Source of the DNA: Octopus sinensis
Lineage: Eukaryota
Reading direction: 5' to 3'
Assembly (NCBI RefSeq): GCF_006345805.1
Contig: NC_043014.1
Span: forward strand, 26,102,001-26,166,000
DNA: 64,000 nt
The position numbers were made by a program, and so were the translations under genes. This document shows, piece after piece, positions 49,761 through 64,000 of this stretch; the stretch's first letter is position 1; each line of letters begins with the position of its first letter. Below the pieces are notes generated by a model that searched no databases, was not told the DNA's origin, and worked only from the letters and a program-made list of their open reading frames with translations.

Positions 49761-51797
49761 TGTATGTATGCATGTATGTATGTATGTGCAGATTTCTATG
49801 TTTTATGTATGTATTCTCATGCATATAGTTGCATATCTAGACATGCTCATATATATTTAGATAATTTACAGCCTCAGCTATGGATTGGATGTAGTCTTCG
49901 AATTAGCTTTATCCTTTCTGGTTTTGAGAAGCCTAATTTAACAAGATTGGTATTTAAGCAGTATGTTATATCTCTCAGGGCCCCAATAATGACAGGTATA
50001 AACTTGAACTTGTAATCTGGATAGAGAAACTGCAGATTTCTCAATAGTTCAGCATAGGTGTTCCCTTTTCCACTGATCTTCATCTTTATGTTAACATCCG
50101 CTGAGCAGCTAATTTCTACAACTGTACACAGTTTCTCTTTCCTACCCCAAATCCTTATATCAGGTCTGTTGGGCCTACATTTTACTGAGGTTTTCACTGG
50201 GACATTTTCTCAGTATTCCTTTTTATTATGAGTGGCTATGGCTTCTACCATATTGTGGGTTCTTATTTCTTTGTCCTTGGGATTATCCTTTCGACGGATT
50301 TCATTATAGAGTGTCCTAGCTACATCATGTCTCGTCAGTAGATAATACTGTGATGACATTTTCGGGCAGCTGCTGATTATATGGGTAATATCTTCAGTGT
50401 CAACTCCACAAAATCTGCATGGGTTGTCACATTTTACGGCTTTTCCTGCATCTCTATCCTTTTTGTGCATCAGGTACTTCGTTGATAATTTCTATTCCTG
50501 GATTGCTAACACAACTTCAAAATGGGGGTAGTAATCCGGCTATTGGTCCATGATAAACTGCTTTGATGATCGGTGTTACTATCATAACGGAGCTTTCTAC
50601 TAACATATCTATGCATAGTCTTCTGCTCATATAGGCTCATCCTTTCCTCTGATGATATGTTACGGTAGAGTCGTGCGACTTCTTTACGCATGTATTCAAG
50701 GTTTTCAGACAAAGAGTGTTGCTCAAAGAGCTGCCTTCGAAGCCAAGCCTTATGATGTTATCAGCCTCATTTATGCAAACTTGCTCAAGAGATGCACTTC
50801 GACACTTGGTGGTTAAAAGCTGTTGCCCAACGGATATGATGCGATATTCAAATGCATTTTGGATCGATGTTAAGCCTCTGCCGCCTTCTTTTCGTTTTAG
50901 ATAGAAGCAGTCTACGTCACTGTTTATGTGGAAATTATGTGTACTTGTTATTATTTTTCGGGTTTTCACATCAATGGCTCGGATCTCAGCAAGCATTCGA
51001 TCAAGCACCTCACATTGTGGGCCACTGTTTTATTGAATGCAGAGAGTTCTGAGGTACAAATTTTCTTTATTCGGCTGTAGTATAAATAAACGTGTTTTGT
51101 TACAGGTGCCATTGTAAGATATGTTTTCATCCACCCCTATATACCTGTAACATTCCTCGTCAGATACAGGGTAAACAGTCAAATCATTGATAGAACATGT
51201 ATCCTGACCAAACTCTAACCCTACATCCTTTGAGGATGTTGTAACTAGGCCAAGGCTATTTTTCATCTCATGCATATTCTTTGCCTAAAGTTTTAAGTCA
51301 TCCACAAAGAAATAGTGTATAATTTTGGTATTTCTGTTTCCTTGTGAACCAGTGAGATATCCTTCAGACTTCCTTAACATGAATGACAAGGTGTTTACAG
51401 AAAGTATAAACAACATCACAGTGAGGCTGTCTCTTTGGAATATGCCTTTGCCATATTGTATTCCAAGGGTGATAATACAGTCACTCTTTGTGTTTAATTT
51501 CAAGATGGGGGTCCACGATGAAGACAGGTCAGATATGGCTTTGACTATTCTCACTGGAACTTTAGTAAGTTGAAGGGCTTCTAGCATCCATGAGTGAGGA
51601 ACAGAGTCAAAATCTTTCTTCTAGTCTAATCGCAATGAAACTAGATTCCTCTTATGTTCCCGCACCTCTGATATCAAAATGTTGATTAACTATTGGTCGG
51701 CACATCCCCAGACTCCCTTTTCCCCAACTGCTTGTTCTGTTGTGATAATGTTATTAGTTTCACAATGGTCCTGTAGGAAAAGGTTTAAGGTTTAAGC
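49592..51797 (-). mobile_element. 5'-truncated R4/Dong-type LINE (RT, CCHC, RLE), degenerate
   Basis: GIFQRDSL, FFVDDLKL, GGRGL, CRFCGVDTEDITHIISSC, RHD and NRPDIRIW..E..C. 3' UTR contains internal (TACA)n; (TATG)n at both ends. Confidence 0.92.
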
Positions 51798-52941
51798 CTG
51801 TATGTATGTATGTATGTATGTATGTATGTATGTATGTATGTATGTATGTATGTATGATGTATGTATGTATGTGTGTATGAGTGTGTATGTATGTGTGTAT
51901 GTATGTATATATGTATGTATGCATGTATGTATGTATATCGATAGATAGATAAATTTTTATTGTCCTTGTGCCATTTGGTATTTACAGGAGTGCGTGTGTG
52001 TGCACGCGAGTGTTACTTGCGCGTGCATGTGTTTGCGTTTGTCCCCATCGGTCTACTTAAAGAGTGAGTGCTGCTGTAGATTTGATGAACTTAACCCTCC
52101 AGTGCATGTGTGTGTGTGGTGTGTGTGTGTGTGTGTGTGTTGTGTGTGTGTGTGTGTGCACGCACGCATAAATGTGTGTGTATGTATATTCATAAGTTTT
52201 ATATGTTGTAAAGTACATAGCTGAGCGTAGCTCCCGACACGGGTTTATAAGCTTCTGAAATTACAGCCGAAAGAATGCTTCATTATCTCATTGAATTCTT
52301 TGTGTTCCCTACATTTTCTAGAGAAAAAAAAGGTTATATTCAACATGTCACAGATAACACATTGATGATCAGGGTGGTGGTGGTGGCAAATTTGAAACTA
52401 GAGATAGGGTTTGGGATAACGTTTTACAGTGTCCTCAATATTGTATGAAATGCAATCTACGTGAACTTAATGTATTACCTTTCGTACATTTTATAGCTAC
52501 ATACATATTGAACATACAGTATATCTATGTAGGTCACTTATTATATTATATTTCCCATGTACATCATATGCAACATATACAGCACATGCGTTTACACGAA
52601 ATATTCCATATAAACACACATCATGGCCTATAACTTGGCCTGTCTATAAATCTTAGATGTTTCGATATAGCTGTTCAAGTGAATAAATGAATTCTTCAGA
52701 TGAAACAATTACGTCAGTCATTGAGACTTGATTTTTCGAAACATCCTTTTACAGTTTCAGATCTCAGACACACTGAACTCCCGTCCACCTGCTTTCGGTC
52801 AAACATTCAAACAAGAATACAAACCTTTATTTAAGCTCGAGGTAGCACAAGATATTTTGCCGCGAGTTGTGCAAACAAACACGTATATTATTTAAATGTA
52901 CACCCACCCAAACTCGAGTCTGCAAAAACATACATATTTAG

Positions 52942-53044
<103 letters not shown>

Positions 53045-53098
53045 AATATACACATATACATATATATATTTATATAATATTTCTCTATATATACACAG

Positions 53099-53150
<52 letters not shown>

Positions 53151-53619
53151 TATGTTTGCATGTATGTGTGTATGTATGTATGTATGTATGTATGTATGTA
53201 TGTATGCATGTATGTATGTGTATACAAATACACACATGCACACACACGCGCGCTTGGATACACACACTTATATACATAAATACAGAATTTATATGCACGG
53301 CTTATGTATGTGTATATACAAACATATACATATGCACATGTATGCGTGTGTGTGTGTGATAGTATTTAGCTATTTGTGTATCGATGTGCGGGTGTCTGTT
53401 CTGCATGTTTTTTTTTTAATTTTTAAATGGAAACAAATAGTTCTGCTGCTTTATCTCGGTTCAGGCGTCGATTAGTCTCTGACACCACAAATGAATTTTT
53501 GTTTTCATATACGACTTAACGTGGATTCTCTCTATTTCTCTTCAGAGATACATAAGTGAACTTACGTGTATATGCACGTAAATCCCATACTCAATCTCAC
53601 ACACACACACACACCACAC

Positions 53620-53656
<37 letters not shown>

Positions 53657-54517
53657 AGATACATAGTCACACATACACAGGGCTGGCACACGTACATACA
53701 GGGTACACATACATTAATACATGCACATAGATAATCGCCACAGCTACATATAGAGACAGAAATATTTAGGCATACACATATTGATGTATACATGCACGAA
53801 CATATTTACACTTACACTCACGAGCGCGCGCTTCTGTGTACGTGTATTATGGGTTTCAGTCATCACGATGGAGCAGTGCACACCATCTGAATATTATGTC
53901 CTTCCCTGTGAATCACATGATATTTAGCCTCCCTGCTTCACGTAGGAATATTGTAGCTTTAGGAAGCATGTACCAGATGTCGAAGTATGAACCTTCTTAT
54001 GACATTTACTAATTTCAGCTCTGTTTAAACGTTTGACAAAAGAGAGAGGAAATCTGTTGTTTACTAACATCTTGCAGGACCGCTTGATGTTGGTAGCTTT
54101 GTCAGCTATGTCGCTGCACCAATCGTTTATACGTACGATCTAGTTTCGCTCTATACAGATTTGGCTCTGATGGACAGGGCTGACTCGTAGAGCACAAACA
54201 AGTTTTACAGGTAGCTTTGTTGTAAAATCACACAATGCTTACCCCTTCTCTCCCCCCTCTCTCTCTATATATATATTTGAATATATACATATATATGGAA
54301 ATATGCATATATTTATGTACCCCCCCACACACATAAATATCCTTTAAGTTCGTTTACAGGAAATATTTTGAATATGCATATAAGAGCTCCTATCCTATTA
54401 CACTGGCTGTCATTTAATGATGCCAACTGGCAAATATACTGAACACCTCTGCATCCTGTAATAATTGAGAAATTTTTGAAACCAAGATATTGCTTATATC
54501 ATTATTAACGCAACTTA

Positions 54518-54740
54518 AGGCGGCGAGCTGGCAGAATCGTGAGCATACTAGACGAAATGCTTACTGGTGGTATTTCGCCTGTCAATACATTCTAGGTTCA
54601 AATTCGGCCGAGGTCCACTTCGAATTTCATCCAGTACCAGTGAAACACTTGAGTCGACGTAATCGAGTTGTCCGCTCCCACAAAATTTCAGAAAGAATTA
54701 TTATTCTTTTCTGCTCTAGGCACAAGGCCCGAAATTTTTG
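54518..54740 (+). mobile_element. SINE family B
   Basis: ggcggcgagctggcagaatcg...ggttcaaattcggccgagg. Confidence 0.75.
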
Positions 54741-55123
54741 AGCACTTATTTACTCCAGACAGCATTCATATATCCACACACACTGCACCTTATCTCTGCA
54801 ATCATAACTCCATGTCGATGCCACCATATCCATTTCAACCAGACAGCAATTATTTTGTTTAATTCGTTGAGGATCAGTTTATTGCTATCAGCTTTGGTTT
54901 TTCTCTCTTATATTCTGTCATATCTGAGATGAAGTATTTCTGCTCTGTTTTCCAGTTCAGGAATCTGTGGTGTGTCTTTCCGAAATCCAATGCCAGCCTG
55001 GCTGGAAGCACACAGAGGAGCTAGCTACAAATCAATACATCTCGTTTCTCATAAGATTCTGTAATCCTTCATATTTTAGACTCTTCTTTCATGTGCCCAG
55101 AATATATATATATATATACACAC

Positions 55124-55178
<55 letters not shown>

Positions 55179-55238
55179 TTCAATTTGAAAACGGAGAGAT
55201 CTAATGGGCACAAATTAATTCATTAATTGACATCTTCA

Positions 55239-55300
<62 letters not shown>

Positions 55301-55329
55301 TATATATATATATATATTTACTCAGTTCA

Positions 55330-55530
55330 AATGAACAAACAATTCAAGTAAACGAATAAAAAATAAAACATCGAAAACTGCGAACCTGAAGACGTGCACA
55401 AAAAGTGTATTAGCTTGACGCTCGGTGAAAAGAGAGACTTAACGTTTCGAGCATAGCTCTTCGTCGGAAAGGAAAAATAGAAATGTCTATAGAAGGTGAA
55501 GAAATCGCCAGCGGCCCACGTGTAGTTACA
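55330..55530 (-). mobile_element. Penelope-like pseudo-LTR remnant with hammerhead-like motif
   Basis: Minus strand CCGACGA-AGAGC UAU GCUC-GAAACGUU-AAG; related to 18761-18799. Confidence 0.5.
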
Positions 55531-55586
55531 TACATAAAAATGAATGTGTGTTTGTGTCTGTGTGTGTGTGTACAGATAGATAGATG

Positions 55587-55669
<83 letters not shown>

Positions 55670-57409
55670 GCAGAACATGGTTGAAAAAATAGCACTCACA
55701 TTTCAAAGGTAAAATACTATTGAAGCTTTTTTTAGGTTTCAGTAAAACTATATGTAAATACCTATCGTTACTATTATGTTAAACTGTTGTATGTCCAAAT
55801 TTGGTGGGGAAAAAAAAAACTTTTCTTTCAGCATTTAATTTTGCTTGTAATAGCCAGTTCTTTTGGTCAAACTATCTTCTCTGCAAATGCTTCAGATGCC
55901 AAGATATGAAAATTGTGAAATATAGTACACCAGTTTAGTAATTTTCAAAAGTATAGTATGTCCCACATACGACAGTTTTGCAAAAATATTTCTTACTGAA
56001 AATATCATAATTGCATGGAGTTACGATTTTATGCATCAAACAAAGTATTATGGTTAAGCTGAAACTGCTGCTGATGTAAAAAGAAATGGAATGGTGAAAC
56101 TATTTTTTCGTTATCTGAAAAAAAGCAACGTTTTGGACTTATGACACTTTTGCATAATAGTAACAATATATGTGTGTTCGTATGTGTGTGTGTGTGTGTG
56201 TGTGTATGCGCGCGTGCGCTCACTATACGTTGTCAAAAGGAATTATTGGTTTCACCAATACAATTTTCTTTGTAATTGAGACAGGTTATACAGTGTATGA
56301 GATTCTGTGTTTTGTTGTTCATATTTGCATTTTTCTTTGAACGAGAATCCACTTTTAAATTTTATGTGGAAACCAGTATCCAAATATTTAAAACTGTTGT
56401 TACATGTTCCATATCTGTTATCTCCATAGTACTCCACGAATTCTGAGTTACCCTCTGATGTGAATTTTGCTCTCTTAAGATGAAAGTGCTAAATAAAAAA
56501 TTACCCTAAATTTTGACTACCACCTTTTTCTTAACCCCCCCCCCTGTAATAACAATAATAATCCTTAGATGGAATTTATAAATATGTTAATGCATCGCTA
56601 TGCGCTTTTCCAGAAATCACGTTTCTTATGCAGTCCGTAGTATCCATGGACATCGGGTAGATCATATTCCTGCATTCATTTCTTCAGGCGATATAGCATT
56701 AATGGATGTTTAAATGAAGGTTGTTTACCAATTTTGGCCAATGAGATGGTTGATTGGGGCATGTGGGTGTTTCTGTGTGTATTTTGTGAGGAAGGATGGA
56801 AGGTGATTGAAAAATAGGAAGGAATCATAGTTATAAGGAGATGGAGGTGTGTATGTGCGTGTGCTTATTTTACTGTTTGAATATGCAGATGTCAGTATGG
56901 GTAGTATGGATCTTTTGTCTCATCTTATTCACAGCAGGCCTCTCAATCAATTCAGTATTCGAGTCAGCAGCTACAGCTACTACAGCCATCCAGTTGGTGA
57001 AGTTCATCGTCTGAGTTTACAAATGATACTTTCTTAAAATGACCTTTTAATTACTTTTGGTGGTAAAATGGTGTAGCATATAACATTTGAAAATAGTGGT
57101 AATTTTGTTTAGTTCTTTATGTTCTACCCTTGTTCAATTATACACGAAAGGTGGTTAGTGTTTTTGTGTTTCAAAATGTTTCTTTTTCGAATTCTAGGAA
57201 TGATGCCTTGTGTTTATGCTTACATGATATAACTTCGGAGTGTCTATTAATTATGTTTTCTCTCGATGTGATTAGCTCACGGGTTTCCTCTGGGCTTAAG
57301 CTGCATACCTGCGATGTTCTGTTGAAAGGTGCAGCATTTTTTATAATAGACCAGTGGGTCGTTCTATTCTGTTTGAGTCCTAAGATGAAGTTTGCTAGTA
57401 TTTCACTGA

Positions 57410-57710
57410 TACTTTATTTGATTAACCTCGAAAGATTGAAAGACAAAGTCGACTTCGGCAGAATTTGAACTCAGAACACCCAAGCATTTTGTTCGGTGTG
57501 CTAACGATCCTGCCAGCTGGCTTCTATTATAGATACAAGGCCTAAAATTTTGTGGAGAGGGGATAGTCGATTACATCGACTCCAGTGCTAAAGTGGTACT
57601 TATTTTATCGACCCCGAAAGGATGAAAAGTAACGTCGACCTTGGTGGAATTTGAACTCAGAATATAAAGACAGGCGAAATTCAGCTAATCATTTTCCTGC
57701 CAGCTAGTTA
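57410..57710 (-). mobile_element. Two tandem SINE family B copies
   Basis: gtcgac.t.gg...aatttgaactcagaa occurs twice. Confidence 0.75.
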
Positions 57711-59959
57711 CGTTAATAATAAAATAAACACTGTTTTGGTTTCAGAAATGTTTAAATTATTACAGAATGCAGAGGTGTTCTACTCATCTATGAACAAAAT
57801 GAAATGAGCCATAAAGAGAAAATATATGCAATGTTATAGCGTATGCGTTAAAAATTAACTTTAGCGTTTTCATGTCTCTCTTAGACATATCGACAACATC
57901 AAAATAGTAGATTCCATTCTGTCAAAAGAAATAAAAAGGCAAAGTACTGTAGCCCAGAGATCACCATCTTCTGGAACCTGACTAAGTCCTTCCAGAAAGA
58001 GCTGGAATGTTTTGGCGTGGAGACCTCACTCATGGCTAAGAAAAAGAAATATTCTCAGCGGTCAGTCGTCGTTACATTGGTCAAGTTTATTTAGCTGGTC
58101 CAATACATCATAATGACAACAATTCCAACGAGTCGATAATTGCAGGAGAGCGAAAATCCACAGGATTGGTCAAAGACTTCACAGTTCCAAGGACTCGATG
58201 GAAGTTACCCATAAACGCGCTGCGGACTACTTGAGAGATGACCATCTAGTCCTGATACACAGTCGCTTCTGTGGTCACATCGGAGAGCCATTAGATAAAG
58301 GACATTACTATCGCTTGGCCTGCTTCTGGCTTTTTCGACCTATTTATTTCAAATTCATCAAATGAATCGGTGACTGGGATCTACTAGCTAACATTAGGAA
58401 AATTGTTTTTATACATGACTTTTCATTGTTATTTGGACTATATCTTATCAGGCATGTCGATATTTATCGCAAGTATATGAAATTAATGTCGGTCTAGTTA
58501 ATATACACAATATACATACACAAAAAATATTTTTCTCGTTTAAATTGTTTCTCGCAGTAATCAAAATTTCTCATAGTCTAATGAATTATCTCTATACTGA
58601 ATATGCAAATATTCATTTGCGCCATGAATATTTACAGATTTAAATTAGATTCTCTCTCACTTTCTCTCCCCACTTTCCCTCACATTCTCTCCCCACCTCT
58701 CTCCCTCTCTCTCTCTCTCTCACTTACTCACACACACTCGTGCCTATCAATCCAGTCGGTTTCGTCGGCGACTGTTCAGTTGTTCGACCAACTGAATTAC
58801 CTACTCATTTAGTTAATGTAGAAGTAGCTGAGTCTTCTATAGGTACGTTTAACTTTAACGTATTTCTCTGACAGAATCAATGCGACACAGTTTGACTAGG
58901 CTGGTTCTTGGTTATTATTTAATTGCGACAGATTTTGGTCCAGATTTTTTTAACAAGATGGACCATGCATGATAACGGAAGTGTCCATTTTAATATTTTG
59001 TAACTAAATGTTACTTTGCCGCACATATCTGACACAGTCGGAATCACCTAACGTCTGGGAAACTATTTCCATCGTAGTATTTTTGAAGATGACTGTAAAC
59101 TTGTGCCGGAGATTGAGACGTTAGTGAAATATCATTTTAGTGTTCTCTCATTCAATTCTCTGTCGATTATATAATGAAGTTTGCGGTGTTCTGAATGTGA
59201 ATATTAGATCTTGTGTCCCAATCTCCATATGTATAACTTCTTATTACAAGCCGACGAAGGAGATTCCATGTGGTCATTGACCCTGCTATAAATAAGAACC
59301 AAATCACCATTGAATTAAAAAAAAACAACCTTCGTCTTTACTAAAGGAAAAACACAGACGATGTAGCACTACAAACCCGGATATAACATCTAAAACGAAG
59401 GTATCGTCACATCTCGATAACAGTTGACCAGGTGAGGGAGGTTAAAAAGCAATACATCAACGCAATAATTTCTGTAGTGCAACATAACAACTATGAAGTT
59501 GATGAATATAAATCATTATTCACATTGTTCTTGACGAGGCCTATGTGGTCAAGAAGTTCCATTTAAAGCTAGATGTTTTCATGCTCCACCTCATTGCGCG
59601 TCACGTTAGACAGATGTTTTTATCAAAATCTCGGAGAAACCAAAGTGTTATGAGTAACACTGTGTGGAATATGCGTTGGAATAACCGTTTCTTCTTTTAT
59701 GTCAGTGTTAGACTTAATTCATCATTTGGTTTAACACCTACATTATCTACCTCTTGGAAGCCTTTTGTGGAATTCGCTCTACTTACAATGGACAGGTCCC
59801 TTGTACAAACCTATTTGCTCTAACAAATCACTGGGGCGCCAAATTGCATTATGTGCAGTGTCCTTCTTCCTCTGAAATACCATTTATTAAAAAGAAAACG
59901 AATTGGCTATGTCAGGAAGCTGAAAGACTTTGTCCTCTTGGATTTGCTGCAACCTTCGG

Positions 59960-60142
59960 GTGAGGGGTAGGTGTAAGTCGACTACTTCGACACCAATGCA
60001 GTACTGGTACTTATTTTATCGACCCCGAAAGAACGAAAGGCAAGTCGACTTCGACAGATTTTGAACTCAGGACGTAAAAACGGACGAAATACCACTAAGC
60101 TTTTTTACCCGACGTACTAACAATTCTACCAGCTCATCGCCT
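59960..60142 (-). mobile_element. SINE family B
   Basis: ctggtacttattttatcgaccccgaaag...ccagctcatcgcc. Confidence 0.75.
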
Positions 60143-60224
60143 TAATAATAATGATAATAATAATAATGATAATAATAATAATGATAATAATAATAATAAT
60201 AATAATAATGGTTTCAAATTTTGG

Positions 60225-60900
60225 CACAATGCCAACCCTCGATTGCTCCAAATTGATCAGAGTCCAGTCAAAGCCAGCTTTATTTCCAACTCTCCCTATG
60301 GTGTATCTCATAATGTATGTGTTGTGCATAGATTTTGCATGTCAACTCTTGCCTGACAAGACTGCAGATGACAAACACCAACATTTTCACTAACAATTTG
60401 GCCCAAATTTTAAATACTGCATTCAACAGAAGTTTAGGTAGAAAATCATCTACGATATCTCCCTTGTCAGCGTTCTTTTTCAATAGACGTTACCCATGCA
60501 TCAGTCAACAATACCGGGAATTATCACCTGTTTCCAATTGTGGGAGACATCTACTAAGAGGTTGCCAAACAAGTGTGGAGTATATAATCGTAAAGCTCAC
60601 TGCACAAACCGTTCAAAACAGATATGTACGTGCAGCTTATCACTTCCTCCTGTATTTCTAGCAATCTATTGCTAGAAAATCGTACACATCTGTGCAGAAT
60701 CGCGTAGCATGCACCCAACCAGGTCAGTTAAAGATTGGATTGCGGTTTTGTTTTCAAGTCGGCTTTCGCCTGTCGGGCTAGTCTGACAGGTTTTTAAACA
60801 AATCTTTGCGATTTAGCAAACGAGCCCCGGTGCTAACAATAAAACTCTTGTGTTTTGCGTTGCAGAAATGGTAGAGGAGCATTCTCGGCGCCTCGCACGT
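60225..60900 (-). mobile_element. Old Tx1/L1-like RT fragment
   Basis: LYTPHLFGNLLVDV, KGDIVDDFLPKLLLNAVFKIWAK and IMRYTIGRVGNK; homologous to 39300-39680. Confidence 0.65.
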
Positions 60901-60919
60901 CGGTCGTGATGCGACTTAG

Positions 60920-61385
60920 TAATCCTTTCTAATGGAAGCACGAGGCCTCAAATTTTGGGTATGGGATGAAGTCGATTACATCAACCCCAGTATGCAACTG
61001 GTACTTAATTTATTGATTCCGAAATGATGAAAGCCAAAGACGACCTCGGCGGAATTTGAACTCAGAACGTAGCGACGGGCGAAATACCTATTTCTTTACT
61101 ACCTACAAGGGGCTAAACACAGAGAGGACAAACAAGGACAGACAAACGGATTAAGTCGATTATATCGACTCCAGTGCGTAACTGGTACTTATTTAATCGA
61201 CCCCGAAAGGATGAAAGGCAAAGTCGACCTCGGCGGAATTTGAACTCAGAACGTAGCGGCAGACGAAATACTGCTAAGCATTTCGCCCGGCGTTCTACCG
61301 ATTCTGCCAGCTCGCCGCCTTCGACGGGCGAAATACCGCAAAACATTGATTAACGCGCTAACGATTCTGCCTGCATGCCGCCTTG
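60920..61385 (-). mobile_element. Cluster of nested or tandem SINE family B copies
   Basis: cgacctcggcggaatttgaactcagaacgtagcg occurs twice, plus extra head fragments. Confidence 0.8.
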
Positions 61386-61589
61386 ATACCTCTTATTAAT
61401 AGATGCTAACTAACACCCACAGACTATTTCTTTTTATCGATAGTTATTTATTAAATGCTTTCGATTCTTATTTAATAGTGTAAATCTTAAAAAGCAAGAT
61501 TGTAATCCCGGTGTGTGGCGCGTGCAGAACATTTTACTTTCCCCAGCAAAAATTATCAGGTAACTCGATACGGAATAAAGATAGATATA

Positions 61590-62791
61590 TAGTGGTGGGA
61601 CAAAATAATGGAAACACCTTAAAATTTCAAACAAATTTATTTTAATATGGAGTCGGGCCGCCTTTGGCAGTAATTACAGCTTGAATTTTATAAGGTATGG
61701 ACTCGTACAAAGTTTGAATTGTTTCCAAACAGCTAAAACAGTCTCCAGTTTTTGTAGTGATGATGTTAGTGGATATCGACTCCTTACTTGTCTTTCTAAA
61801 ATGCACCATAAATGTTCAATTATATTGAGATCTGGGGACTGTGACGGCCAGATTAGATGTTCAACTTCACTAGATTGTTCCTCGTGCCATTCAGTAACAA
61901 CTTTAGCTGTGTGAATTTGTGCATTATCATCCTAAAAGATTGCATTTCCCTCCGGAAACAGTTCCGCAACCATAGGTTGAATTTGATCATATAAAATGCT
62001 TAAATAGTCTTGACTATTAATTCTGCCATGAAAGGAAACCGCTGGGTCGGCGGATTTCCAAGATATAGCCTTCCTGATTATCACAGATCCTCCTCCATGT
62101 TTAACAGTTGGAAGAAGGCAGTCTGGGTCAAATGCTTCTTTTGGCTGTCAGGATGACTCGTCCGAGAAAATAACATTCTTCCACTGCTCTAGGAATCAAT
62201 TCTGTAGGTTTTTTTATCCACCCTAAACGCTTTGCAACGTTTGTTTTTGAAAGTAGTTCTTTTCTGATTGCAAATCCGGCTTTGTGCAGCTCCCGAGGAA
62301 CAGTTTTTGTTGAAGCTGAGTTCTCGAGGTGGTCATTAAGCTCTGCAGTAATTTGGGAGCTGTACTTTTGTGGTCCTTTCTAACAATTCGCGTAAGAGTC
62401 CGACGGTCCCTATCTGAAAGTTTTGGTTTTTTTCCGAGGTTTTGTTTCGACAAGGAGGTTTTTCCCTCTTTCTCAAAGGCTGTCATTACTTTCGAGACAA
62501 TACTTCTTTATAAACCAAACATTTCGGCTGTTTTCGTTACGCTAGTGCCTGCCATACAAGCACCAACAGTTTGACCTCTTTGAAAGTCCGATAGATCTGT
62601 CATTTTAATGAATTTTAATTACGTTTTTCTGAAAATATCTGAAAAGAAAGAGCAATTTTTGCAAAACATATTAAGCAACACTAATAATAAATCAAAATAC
62701 ATAAAAATAACCAAGCTTTTGACGGTTTTATAGATAGTTCAAAATTGTGATGCAATGATGCAAAGTGTTTCCATTATTTTGTCCAAACTTG
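61590..62791 (-). mobile_element. Tc1-family (DD34E-type) transposon with TIRs and TA target-site duplication; pseudogenised transposase
   Basis: TIR core ggacaaaataatggaaacac at both ends with flanking TA. ATG at 62603 gives MTDLSDFQRGQ; later VIFSDES, DDNAQIH and [15 protein letters not shown]. Confidence 0.92.
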
Positions 62792-63531
62792 TATATGAAT
62801 ATCTTAACCGTGGTCTAGGATGCTTCACATCGGTAGCGTAATTTAAACATTACAATATGAATACCGTGCTACAGCAAAATAATAGCAATAATAGTTTCAA
62901 GCAAAGTGAGTGAGTTGGTCGATTACTTCGACTGCAGTACTTCCCTTGTACTTTAATTTATTGGGACCACGGAAGGATGAACGAAACTGGGTATTATCGA
63001 ATGATCTAGCTGACCTCGAGATTTGAACTCCTTATGTTTAGAGTCGAAACGAAATAACGAAATACATTTTTGTACTTTTTTCACTATTTTATTAACTTGG
63101 CACCCACAAAGATAAATGAAAAGTTAGAAAAGCAAGGTGTAATGAAAATACGCCCTCTCTTTGACATGATAGTCAGGAAATATTCTGCTAAACAAGTGGA
63201 ATTCTTGACACATACCTCATGTCTTTCAAATGCCTGTCTTGGTCTCACCCTCTACCTTTCCTTCCTCCATCGAAATATGTGATGTCTGCTGATACTGGGA
63301 TCTAGTTAGTGACGTAAAAGAGTAGGGCTAGTAAATGTGTGTATACTTGATGTCTATTACTTTACAGTTTGAACAACGAAACCGCTGTGGTATCATTCAC
63401 TTCGTGTTGAAAACAAACCGTCAAAACCTAACAATCACGTTTTATATAAAAAATAAAGCACTGTTACTCAAGATGTGACGTCTGGACGTTTATGTATGTG
63501 AACTTGTTTATTCCTATATGTGTATATGTTT

Positions 63532-63570
<39 letters not shown>

Positions 63571-63739
63571 TGAGTGTGTATATGTGTGGTGTGCGTATGT
63601 GTGTGATGGTGCGTTTGTGTATGCTAGTTGGTTGAGGTGATGAGGCTCCGCTTGGATTGCTAGTTCCCTTGATCTCTGATTCAATGATGATCACATACAT
63701 ACATACATATATACATACATACATACATACATACATACA

Positions 63740-63770
<31 letters not shown>

Positions 63771-64000
63771 GAATGTATATGCAATGTACATATATGACTG
63801 TATATTAATTCTTTCTGTGAAACATGCTCGGAGGTGAGTCATATACTTGCCGAAATAATTGAGGTAATGTTCTCATTACACCAGTATTTTTAACTGGATT
63901 TTTTCTCCCTACTTTTCTTTTTCTGTCCTTCTTGCTGTCTCTCGTTCTGTGTCTCTCCTATATATATATATGTGTGTGTGTGTACATGCGTATATATATA

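Noticed and set aside
57880-58200. Possible maT/Tc1 transposase N-terminal remnant (KKKKYSQRSVVV)
   Set aside because: Similarity is too short and no catalytic motif or TIR was found.
63800-63870. Splice-donor-like GAG|GTGAGT; also branch/acceptor-like actaac..ttgcag at ~54063-54077
   Set aside because: No matching partner site or recognisable coding frame, so no exon can be supported without RNA data.

Overview
This is an AT-rich, microsatellite-dense animal genomic window, most likely octopus. That assignment is inferred from the SINE families and the (TACA)n/(TA)n/(CA)n density, not from a search. I found no supportable host protein-coding exon; most ORFs in the track are microsatellite artefacts. 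The window is almost entirely decayed transposable elements: Tx1/L1-like LINEs, R4/Dong-type RLE LINEs, RTE LINEs, a Ty3/Gypsy pol, a Penelope GIY-YIG fragment with pseudo-LTR remnants, Tc1/mariner and hAT remnants, an intact-ended non-autonomous Helitron, and three tRNA-derived SINE families. The most notable unexplained signal is about ten minimal type-I hammerhead-ribozyme-like motifs in Penelope-like repeats. Three have intact or nearly intact cores, and three carry unusually long stem-II insertions. Other points of interest are the apparent (TACA)n association of the R4/Dong copies, a tRNA-Asp remnant next to a SINE tail, a ~360-bp spacerless palindrome, and two microsatellite-bounded ~0.5-kb tandem duplications. 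All calls were made by eye and element boundaries are approximate.
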